From a virus (taxonomy: Duplodnaviria > Caudoviricetes): DNA of 24,982 bases. The notes beneath the pieces are model-generated. The model saw only the letters and a program-made list of their open reading frames with translations, ran no database searches and was not told the origin of the DNA. This document shows positions 17,193 through 24,353 of the stretch, one piece after another (position 1 is the first letter of the stretch; each line of letters opens with the position of its first letter). The position numbers and the translations under genes were made by a program. Location: IMG/VR virus record IMGVR_UViG_3300022841_000477, positions 1 to 24,982 of that record. One strand, 5' to 3'.

Positions 17193-17819
17193 ATGAATAT
17201 AGACCATTTATTAATCGCCGCTGACTGTGCCCTGCGCACACTGTTTTCAAAACCCTATGCTAGCAGATCGTCACCAACTTGCAAAGCCGATACTGCCGAA
17301 CTGACTGAAAAAGAAAACAATCACAGTGCAGCATTAATGCGAGTGAATCACGTAGGGGAAGTGTGCGCCCAAGCATTGTATAGTGGACAATGCCTAGCCA
17401 CTCAAGACTCTGCACTTAAAAACCTGTTTGAAAAAGCAGGTCGAGAAGAAGTAGATCACCTAGTATGGTGCCGGCAGAGATTAGACCAATTGGGAGGTAA
17501 GCCTAGCCTACTGAATCCTATTTGGTACATTGGAGCATTTGCAATGGGGTACGCAGCTGGTAAAATAGGCGGCGATGCTCAAAGTTTGGGATTTGTAGCA
17601 GAAACAGAAAGGCAAGTGGAACAGCATCTGGCAGATCACTTGTCGAAATTGCCTGTGAATGATCACGCTAGTCGAGTTATTATAACACAGATGAAACAAG
17701 ATGAAGCAGCACACGGCGCCGCAGCGGTACACGCTGGCGCTACAGAACTTCCTAAAAGTGCTAAATCTGTCATGAAAGCAGTTAGTAAGATTATGACTAC
17801 TGTCGCTTACAGAATATAA
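17193..17819 (+). CDS. coq7: Demethoxyubiquinone hydroxylase Coq7
   Basis: LMRVNHVGEVCAQALY, EE.DHL.WC, ETERQVEQHL and DEAAH. Confidence 0.95.
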   Translation: MNIDHLLIAADCALRTLFSKPYASRSSPTCKADTAELTEKENNHSAALMRVNHVGEVCAQALYSGQCLATQDSALKNLFEKAGREEVDHLVWCRQRLDQLGGKPSLLNPIWYIGAFAMGYAAGKIGGDAQSLGFVAETERQVEQHLADHLSKLPVNDHASRVIITQMKQDEAAHGAAAVHAGATELPKSAKSVMKAVSKIMTTVAYRI

Positions 17820-17920
17820 GTACAAACACTGAGATATGAATAAATACGCATTCAAATACTTAAAATAAACCATTGTTGTCGTGCAGTTATTGCACGGAAC
17901 CTATATACAGAAGATACAAT

Positions 17921-17983
17921 ATGAATGCAGACTTAGTTAAACTGATTTTTGGAAAACTCACTTGGGATGTTGACACAAGATGA
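17921..17983 (+). pseudogene. Probable N-terminal vestige of cytochrome bo3 ubiquinol oxidase subunit I (cyoB-like)
   Basis: 20-aa ORF MNADLVKLIFGKLTWDVDTR; LIFGKLTWD resembles the CyoB N-terminus (FGKLS/FGRLTW). It runs into the glyA promoter. Confidence 0.45.
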
Positions 17984-17998
17984 ATAAAAATGTATAAT
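17970..17998 (+). promoter_or_regulatory. Consensus sigma70 promoter of glyA
   Basis: TTGACA (17970-17975), 17 nt, TATAAT (17993-17998) with TG extension. Confidence 0.85.
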
Positions 17999-18035
17999 TA
18001 TATAGTGAGCAAGACATTATGAGAAAACAACTAAA

Positions 18036-19187
18036 ATGATTGATAAACGTATTTTAAGTATATTATCTGCAGAAGGCATTCGCCAAGCAGACACAGTTGA
18101 ACTGATTGCCAGTGAGAACTTTGCTAGTGATGAAGTGATGCAACTCTGTGGCAGTATCTTCACAAACAAGTATGCAGAAGGACTGCCAGGCAAGCGTTAT
18201 TACAATGGCTGCGATGAAGTAGACAAGGTAGAACTACTGGCTATTGAGTATGCCACCAAACTATTTAATTGTTCCTTTGCTAATGTTCAACCACACTCCG
18301 GTGCCAATGCTAACCTAGCAGTATTCAAGGCATTTCTAAAGCCAGGTGATGTTATTGTAGGTATGGACTTGGCCAGTGGTGGGCATTTAAGTCACGGTGC
18401 CAAAGTCAATGCCAGCGGCGCTTGGTTCAACTCACACAGTTACGGAGTCAATGAACAGGGACTAATTGATTACGATGCTGTGGCACAGTTGGTATGGGAC
18501 ACTCAACCTAAAATGGTGATTGCTGGCGCCAGTGCTTACAGTCAAGTGATTGACTGGGCCCGTTTTGAAGAGATTGCAGCCAGCGTGGGTGCTCTGCTGT
18601 TGGCAGACATTGCTCACTATTCAGGTCTAATCGCAGGCGGCGAGTATCCCAGCCCGTTCCCCCATGCTGACATTGTAACAACCACAACACACAAAGGACT
18701 GCGCGGCCCGCGTGGCGGCATGATTTTATGGAATGATCCCGACCACTCCAAACTGATCAACAGTGCTATTTTCCCAGGCACACAGGGCGGTCCATTGATG
18801 CACATCATTGCAGCCAAGGCACAGTGTTTCTACGAAGCATTGCAGCCAGAGTTTACGTTGTACGCCAAACGTATCCGTATCAATGCACATGCAATGGCAC
18901 AAACGTTTATGGATGCCGGTGTTGATATTGTGTCTGGTGGGACTCAGTGTCACATGATGACTATAGACTTGCGTAAAGAACAATACAGTGGACGCGAGTT
19001 TGCTGACTTGTTGGAAGCAAATGGTATCACTGCAAATAAAAACGGAGTGCCTGGCGACACAAGAAGCTTTGTTGAGACATCAGGTGTGCGTATTGGTGTA
19101 GCAGCAGAAACCACTCGCGGTCATGACGAAGCGTGGTTCAAAGAGCTGGCCAACAGAATGGTTAACATACTAAGGGATTCAAAATGA
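18036..19187 (+). CDS. glyA: Serine hydroxymethyltransferase
   Basis: LIASENF, NKYAEG.PGKRYY, VQPHSG, GGHLSHG, TTTTHK (PLP lysine) and FPGTQGGP. Confidence 0.97.
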   Translation: MIDKRILSILSAEGIRQADTVELIASENFASDEVMQLCGSIFTNKYAEGLPGKRYYNGCDEVDKVELLAIEYATKLFNCSFANVQPHSGANANLAVFKAFLKPGDVIVGMDLASGGHLSHGAKVNASGAWFNSHSYGVNEQGLIDYDAVAQLVWDTQPKMVIAGASAYSQVIDWARFEEIAASVGALLLADIAHYSGLIAGGEYPSPFPHADIVTTTTHKGLRGPRGGMILWNDPDHSKLINSAIFPGTQGGPLMHIIAAKAQCFYEALQPEFTLYAKRIRINAHAMAQTFMDAGVDIVSGGTQCHMMTIDLRKEQYSGREFADLLEANGITANKNGVPGDTRSFVETSGVRIGVAAETTRGHDEAWFKELANRMVNILRDSK

Positions 19188-19387
19188 GAGATCAACTATT
19201 AACAACATTGCAAGCACACTTTTCGGCACAGGTTCAAAAACACAAGATGAATGTGGAGATCATGCTGCACAATCCCATGGCTATTCATGACCACACTGAC
19301 TGGATGTCGGCAGTAGAAGCTGAAATTGCACAGATTGCAGAGTATGAGGACAAACTAGCAGTAGTGCGTCAACACTTTGCAACTTAA
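19184..19387 (+). CDS. Small hypothetical protein
   Basis: 67-aa ORF with an ATGA overlap to glyA. Confidence 0.7.
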   Translation: MRDQLLTTLQAHFSAQVQKHKMNVEIMLHNPMAIHDHTDWMSAVEAEIAQIAEYEDKLAVVRQHFAT

Positions 19388-19662
19388 TGGAAAGTAAAAA
19401 ATTTGCGCTGTTTCCGACTCGTATGACCAGCGGAAAACAGATTTGGCTTAAATACTACTTCCAACACCAAACATTATATGACGAATCAACTGGTCGACCA
19501 CCACTAAACAGTCTGTATTTTACGTGGACAGAAACACCCCAAGAAAAAACTTGGAGATTACTAAAAGACAGGGTAACGCACAATCGAAATGTGTGGAATA
19601 CTATAGAATTAACTCAACAGGATAAAAATAACAAAAAAACTAGTAGCAGAAGGAACACATAA
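19387..19662 (+). CDS. Hypothetical protein
   Basis: 91-aa ORF with a TAATG overlap. Confidence 0.65.
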   Translation: MESKKFALFPTRMTSGKQIWLKYYFQHQTLYDESTGRPPLNSLYFTWTETPQEKTWRLLKDRVTHNRNVWNTIELTQQDKNNKKTSSRRNT

Positions 19663-19906
19663 TTTATTAAAGCGGCCAGATGGTACTAGCGTAGCTTCGG
19701 ACCGAGTAGCAGCAGGAACTCATCATTTTGTTAATTCAGAATGGAAAAAGCAACATGGTATTAATCATGCAAAATGGATGCGAGAACAAATGGACAAAGG
19801 CGATCATATTTTTATAAATAGTAATCCTGCTAAAATTAAACTATGTTGTATCACTTGCCAAAAAGAAACAAACCCAATGGGGTTATCAAGATTTCATAAA
19901 CATTAA
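19613..19906 (+). pseudogene. Start-less C-terminal remnant of a homing endonuclease-like gene
   Basis: The +1 frame reads KLVAEGTHNLLK...DRVAAGTHHF...KGDHIF...CCITCQKE...SRFHKH*; no initiator near its 5' end and no catalytic domain. Confidence 0.6.
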
Positions 19907-19925
19907 ATTAAGGAAGAAAATAATA

Positions 19926-21026
19926 ATGAGTAAAGCACAGTACGATTTATCTAAACCAACAGACTATCTGAATCGCAAGATGTTTCTGGACCCAGCTGGT
20001 CCGGTGGTCATCCAACGTTTTGAAGAAGTCAAATACAAGAAGATAGCAGACTTTGATGCAACTGCACGTGGTTTCTTTTGGCAACCAGAAGAAGTAAGCC
20101 TCACAAAAGATAGTAACGACTTTAAGGAGGCCAGCGATGCTGTCAAGCATATTTTTACTAGTAACCTACTTCGCCAAACTGCTTTGGATAGCCTTCAGGG
20201 TAGAGGTCCTACACAGGTATTTGCTCCTGTATGCAGCCTTCCTGAACTTGAAGCGCTAATGTACAACTGGGGTTTCTTTGAAACTAACATTCACAGCAAG
20301 AGTTACAGTCATATTATCCGCAATATCTATAACGTGCCTAAGGATGTGTTTAACACAATCCACAACACAGAAGAAATTGTTGGAATGGCAAGTTCAGTAG
20401 GCAACTACTATGACAAGTTGCACGTTATTAACTGCCGTAAAGAACTCGGCGAAGTTGTTTCAGAAAAAGAGCATATTAGAGCAATCTGGATGGCATTGCA
20501 CGCTAGCTATGCACTAGAAGCTTTCCGCTTTATGGTATCGTTCGCTACAAGTCTTGCAATGGTGGAGAACAAAATCTTTATTGGTAATGGCAACATTATC
20601 AGCTTGATTCTACAAGACGAATTATTGCACAAAGGTTGGACTGCTTATATTATCAATCAGGTAATTAAGGACGATCCCCGCTTTATTGAAGCAAAGATAG
20701 ACTGCGAAGCAGAAGTATACGCACTGTACATGGATGTTATCCGTGAAGAGAAAGATTGGGCAACCTACTTGTTTAAGATGGGTCCAGTTATTGGTCTTAA
20801 TGCTAACATCTTGCGTGACTTTGTTGACTTTACAGCAGTGGCCGCGTTAAAAGAAATCGGCATCAAGTACATGTCGCCTGCGCCTAAAAGCACTCCAATA
20901 CCGTGGTTTAACAAGCATGTAGACACAAGTAAGAAACAGACTGCCCTACAAGAAAACGAAAGTACGAACTATGTACTAGGCGTGATGGGAGAAAATCTTG
21001 ACTACGACGCACTTCCGGCTATATAA
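19926..21026 (+). CDS. nrdB: Class Ia ribonucleotide reductase beta subunit
   Basis: FWQPEE, LDSLQGR, ETNIHSKSY (radical Tyr), LEAFRF, DELLH and C-terminal QENESTNY. Confidence 0.97.
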   Translation: MSKAQYDLSKPTDYLNRKMFLDPAGPVVIQRFEEVKYKKIADFDATARGFFWQPEEVSLTKDSNDFKEASDAVKHIFTSNLLRQTALDSLQGRGPTQVFAPVCSLPELEALMYNWGFFETNIHSKSYSHIIRNIYNVPKDVFNTIHNTEEIVGMASSVGNYYDKLHVINCRKELGEVVSEKEHIRAIWMALHASYALEAFRFMVSFATSLAMVENKIFIGNGNIISLILQDELLHKGWTAYIINQVIKDDPRFIEAKIDCEAEVYALYMDVIREEKDWATYLFKMGPVIGLNANILRDFVDFTAVAALKEIGIKYMSPAPKSTPIPWFNKHVDTSKKQTALQENESTNYVLGVMGENLDYDALPAI

Positions 21027-21034
21027 TAAACAAT

Positions 21035-21202
21035 ATGTATAAAGCACAATACAAAGACAAGAGCCCTTTTGAATCCTGGGCTACTCACGGTTCTTACGCT
21101 AATGAAAATTCTGCAATCGCAGCAGCATTAGCACGTAAGAGCAAAGGCGCATTGCTGGTTAGAGTAGTCGATTCAAAGGGTGCTACCATTTACTCAAATT
21201 AA
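21035..21202 (+). CDS. Small hypothetical protein, 55 aa (MYKAQYKDKSPFESWATHGSY...VRVVDSKGATIYSN)
   Basis: Manual translation; fills the nrdB-glutaredoxin gap; not in the ORF track. Confidence 0.7.
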   Translation: MYKAQYKDKSPFESWATHGSYANENSAIAAALARKSKGALLVRVVDSKGATIYSN

Positions 21203-21210
21203 AAGATATA

Positions 21211-21453
21211 ATGATTACTGTTTATTCAAAAAATAACTGCCCATACTGCGACCGTGCAAAGGCGCTGCTAGAAAGCAAAGACATTCCATTTAAAGTAATT
21301 AGAGTAGAGGACGATGTTACTGTACGTGCGTTCTTAGTGGACCAAGGTCTGCGGTCAGTTCCGCAGATCTTCCAGGACGGTGTTCTACTTCCTGGAGGCT
21401 TTCAAGGTCTAGCAGATAGAGACGAAGAATTTTTTAACACACTGAAAGGATAA
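21211..21453 (+). CDS. grx: Glutaredoxin
   Basis: CPYC, RSVPQIF and GGF; next to nrdB. Confidence 0.93.
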   Translation: MITVYSKNNCPYCDRAKALLESKDIPFKVIRVEDDVTVRAFLVDQGLRSVPQIFQDGVLLPGGFQGLADRDEEFFNTLKG

Positions 21454-21454
21454 T

Positions 21455-21745
21455 ATGATAATTGATAAAGGCGTATGTGTAGGTGAGGTAATTACACTAA
21501 AACTAACAAGCGGCGAAGAGCTTGTTGCTAAACTAGTAGAAGAAACCCCTACTCACTACAAACTGGCAAAGATACAAGTTATTGGAATGGGTCCGAAAGG
21601 TCCAGGACTAATGCCGTATTTGTTTACAGTTAATCCAGACAAAGATGTTAAGCTACTAAAAACAACAGTTACTGTAGCAGAAGCAACCGACGAAGTATTT
21701 GCTAAACAGTTTCTTCAAAGCACTACTGGTATTGCATTGATGTAA
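21455..21745 (+). CDS. Hypothetical phage protein (possible Sm-like beta fold)
   Basis: TLKLTSGEELVA motif; fold assignment is inference. Confidence 0.6.
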   Translation: MIIDKGVCVGEVITLKLTSGEELVAKLVEETPTHYKLAKIQVIGMGPKGPGLMPYLFTVNPDKDVKLLKTTVTVAEATDEVFAKQFLQSTTGIALM

Positions 21746-21755
21746 ATACTAGACT

Positions 21756-22727
21756 ATGACTACTCCGACAATAACTCCTTCTAATGCAAACTCGTCGACT
21801 GTAACAGGTCCCGATCTAGTACCTCATCAGCATAATTTTAATTCTGTTGTTGGATTAAGATTTGGAGAAGATGGCAGAGTTGAACCAGTATACGATTCTG
21901 CGGATGTTAAAGCAAACGGACAGGTTATTGCACTTTATAATGCAGCAACTACCAAAGCTGGATTTAGTCCAAGTGCAGTACCATTAGTTACTGTACAGGA
22001 TGCTGTGCAAGATAATGACGGTGACAACAGCGACGGCGCCGTTCAAGCATCTCAATTTTTAGCAGCCGGAAAAATTAATCAACAAGAATACGATCTTATA
22101 ACTGCCGAAATTAAACCAACTGGTACTGGTATTGCCCCAGTGGCAAGTCTAAAAGGCAATACTATTGTAGTTACTGGCGATGCGTTTACCTACGATACAG
22201 TGTTAACTCCGTATGGAACAACACTAGCTACTATGATTAAGGATGTTGCATTTCCTAGAACTATCGCACAGTTGGGACAGGGAACAGTAACAGCCGCGCA
22301 AGCAGTTAATAACTTAGCTAACTTAGCATTAAATGTTTGGGAGCCGGTTAAGCGACAGTATCCTAGAGCTATTATGACCAACAGCTTCAGACAGGGATCT
22401 GGATCGAGTCAACACTCGAGCGGACAGGCTTGTGACATTCAAATTCGAGGACTAAACTCTAGTGCATACTTTGATGTAGCAGTATGGATGAGTAAAAATA
22501 TTCCTTACGATCAGCTGTTGCTAGAATACTTGCCAGGTAAAACTGTATGGATACATGTTAGTTACGCTATTCCAGGGTTGCCAACAGGCGGAAGAAGCGT
22601 ATTGTTAGCTAAAGGAAAAGCTAGTACATTAGCAACACTAAACGGAGCATCAGGCGGAAAGTTTGTACCTAACCTACATGCTGATATTATTGCTAACGCA
22701 GGTATTAACAGAGTGGTGGCTGCTTAA
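21756..22727 (+). CDS. Peptidase M15 (Zn D-Ala-D-Ala-type) domain protein with a long N-terminal extension
   Basis: NSFR...SQHSSGQACD (HxxxxxxD), YDQLLLE and WIHVS; TAAATA at 21743-21748. Confidence 0.8.
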   Translation: MTTPTITPSNANSSTVTGPDLVPHQHNFNSVVGLRFGEDGRVEPVYDSADVKANGQVIALYNAATTKAGFSPSAVPLVTVQDAVQDNDGDNSDGAVQASQFLAAGKINQQEYDLITAEIKPTGTGIAPVASLKGNTIVVTGDAFTYDTVLTPYGTTLATMIKDVAFPRTIAQLGQGTVTAAQAVNNLANLALNVWEPVKRQYPRAIMTNSFRQGSGSSQHSSGQACDIQIRGLNSSAYFDVAVWMSKNIPYDQLLLEYLPGKTVWIHVSYAIPGLPTGGRSVLLAKGKASTLATLNGASGGKFVPNLHADIIANAGINRVVAA

Positions 22728-23137
22728 TGAAAAAGTTTCTTTGGACTACATTAGGATTCCTTAGTTTGGGAATGGCCTACTTAGGAGTTATTACTCCTGG
22801 ACTGCCTTACAGCATCTTTGTGGTATTTGCAGCCTATTGCTTTAGCAAGGGCAGTGAGCGTATGCATCGTTGGATATACAATCACAAACTGTTCGGCCCG
22901 TTCTTAACCAATTGGGGTACTAAGCGAGTATTCCCAACTAAGATGAAATTCTTCATGCTAGCTATGATGACTTCTAGTTTAATTATTATGTTCTTCACCG
23001 GAGTTAAACCTATCGGTATAATTAGTACTGCCTGTTTCATGGCACTAGTTTCGGTATGGGCTTGGCGTTTCCCCGGCTCAGTAGAAGAACATCAACGAAG
23101 AAAAGATAACAACGAAAGGATCGGATGGCTAAAATAA
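22727..23137 (+). CDS. YbaN/DUF454 family membrane protein
   Basis: LGVITPGLP...AAYCFSKGS.RMH.W...H.LFGPFL.NW. Confidence 0.85.
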   Translation: MKKFLWTTLGFLSLGMAYLGVITPGLPYSIFVVFAAYCFSKGSERMHRWIYNHKLFGPFLTNWGTKRVFPTKMKFFMLAMMTSSLIIMFFTGVKPIGIISTACFMALVSVWAWRFPGSVEEHQRRKDNNERIGWLK

Positions 23138-23379
23138 CTTTAGAACAACTAGTCGATATTGCATTCGCTGTAGAAGAAGGTGACCCATTTGATTGGGGAG
23201 CATTTAAACAGGGAAAAGAAGAAGCAATGAAGATGATCGGCACTAGTATTCTTGATCAATTTGATAAAGATGCTTACTCAGACGAAGACAGATTAATCAT
23301 GTTGTCCACTATTACTAAACTAGTAACAGAGAATATGATTCTACATACAAAACTAATGCAGGCTAAGAATGAAGTGTGA
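23125..23379 (+). CDS. Hypothetical protein
   Basis: 84-aa ORF with SD AAGGA, overlapping its neighbours. Confidence 0.7.
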   Translation: MAKITLEQLVDIAFAVEEGDPFDWGAFKQGKEEAMKMIGTSILDQFDKDAYSDEDRLIMLSTITKLVTENMILHTKLMQAKNEV

Positions 23380-23677
23380 AGTAGGCGATCTAGCTAAAAT
23401 TATATATTCAATCCGTCCTACAAACATAGGTAAAACTGTGTTAGTAGACAGTTACATTGGTCATTTTAAAGAAGGCGAAATGTTCGCCTTCTGCGGCGTT
23501 CCTTGCAAGGCTATGGTCACTGATCACTATTGGTGGATTGCCACTGAATATGGGCTAACTAATATGCTAGGTGACACCCCAAAAGCATACATTCCGGATA
23601 CTTGGTTAGATCCAATCCGTCCAGAGAAAATGGTAGAAAAAGAAAGAGAAAGAGAAATAGTTGAGCAGGATGCTTGA
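23369..23677 (+). CDS. Hypothetical protein
   Basis: 102-aa ORF overlapping the upstream gene. Confidence 0.65.
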   Translation: MKCEVGDLAKIIYSIRPTNIGKTVLVDSYIGHFKEGEMFAFCGVPCKAMVTDHYWWIATEYGLTNMLGDTPKAYIPDTWLDPIRPEKMVEKEREREIVEQDA

Positions 23678-23702
23678 CAAACACACACAGATGTAGTATA
23701 AT
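23674..23702 (+). promoter_or_regulatory. Consensus sigma70 promoter of cspA (and probably the tmRNA)
   Basis: TTGACA (23674-23679), 17 nt, TATAAT (23697-23702). Confidence 0.85.
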
Positions 23703-23730
23703 TAATTTTTAACAAAGGTAACATAAGTAA

Positions 23731-23934
23731 ATGGCAACAGGTAAAGTAAAATGGTTTAATGAAACCAAGGGTTTTGGATTTATTACTCCAGACAACGGCG
23801 GTGAGGATGTATTTGCTCACTACACAGCTATTCAAACTTCAGGATTTAAAGTCCTGCAAGAGAACCAAGCTGTAACATATGACACAGTGCAAGGTGCCAA
23901 AGGCGCTCAAGCTGCAAATATTGTACCAGCGTAA
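23731..23934 (+). CDS. cspA: Cold-shock protein
   Basis: [15 protein letters not shown] (RNP1) and DVFAHY (RNP2). Confidence 0.97.
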   Translation: MATGKVKWFNETKGFGFITPDNGGEDVFAHYTAIQTSGFKVLQENQAVTYDTVQGAKGAQAANIVPA

Positions 23935-23944
23935 GCTAGTACAG

Positions 23945-24266
23945 AAAGAATTGTTGTAATTCCTTCGACAAGGATGTGTTCAAGACGCCGGTTCGAATCC
24001 GGCCAGGTCCACCATAAGCAGTTTAAAACTCGTTACCAGACGATGAAACGTAACCAACTGGAAATGTAGAGATACATAGGAATACGCAAACTGCTTTTGA
24101 TGGGCCTGCTCTGGTAATCGATTGGGCAAATAGTTAGAGACGGCAACACGGTAGGCGATGACCGTTAATCAAGCAAATCAAAGTAAATGCAACAGCAATT
24201 ACAAATGAGGCCTACGCTCTAGCAGCGTAATCTCCGAGGCAACTATGCCTTGTCATCCAAACTAGT
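23945..24266 (+). ncRNA. ssrA: Circularly permuted (two-piece) tmRNA
   Basis: T-arm GCCGG-TTCGAAT-CCGGC (23987-24003) and CAGGTCC-ACCA (24004-24014) come before the 5' strand GGGCCTG (24102-24108), which pairs 7/7 including G3:U70. Tag frame 24189-24230 reads ATAITNEAYALAA*. Outer ends are approximate. Confidence 0.93.
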
Positions 24267-24268
24267 TT

Positions 24269-24293
24269 AAAAGGCTACTTCGGTAGCCTTTTT
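24269..24293 (+). terminator. Intrinsic terminator after the tmRNA
   Basis: AAAAGGCTAC-TTCG-GTAGCCTTTT plus T. Confidence 0.9.
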
Positions 24294-24318
24294 ATTTGCC
24301 TAAAATTACCAAAACCGA

Positions 24319-24347
24319 GTGACTAATTTTATACAACACTGTATAAT
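24319..24347 (+). promoter_or_regulatory. Sigma70-type promoter in front of the non-coding locus
   Basis: GTGACT (24319-24324), 17 nt, TATAAT (24342-24347) with TG extension. Confidence 0.65.
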
Positions 24348-24353
24348 AATTAC

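Noticed and set aside
14432-19187. Bacterial chromosome or host contamination
   Set aside because: The host-like genes are interleaved with phage-type nrd genes, homing endonucleases and TAAATA boxes, and lack their usual operon partners (iscR, iscS, hscBA). Read mapping would be the final check.
805-23835. Numerous minus-strand and alternative-frame ORFs in the track (e.g. 805..1104, 1449..1898, 5688..6128, 17508..17873, 23527..23835)
   Set aside because: They are shadows of well-supported + strand genes and show no motifs or expression signals of their own.
23977-24014. Stand-alone tRNA gene
   Set aside because: Only a T-arm and the 3' acceptor strand are present. The partner strand is downstream at 24102 and is followed by a tag frame, so this is a permuted tmRNA.
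24015-24101. Hammerhead, twister or pistol ribozyme in the tmRNA spacer
   Set aside because: CGATGAAAC only superficially resembles the hammerhead CUGAUGA/GAAA core, and I could not place the conserved cores of the other classes by eye.
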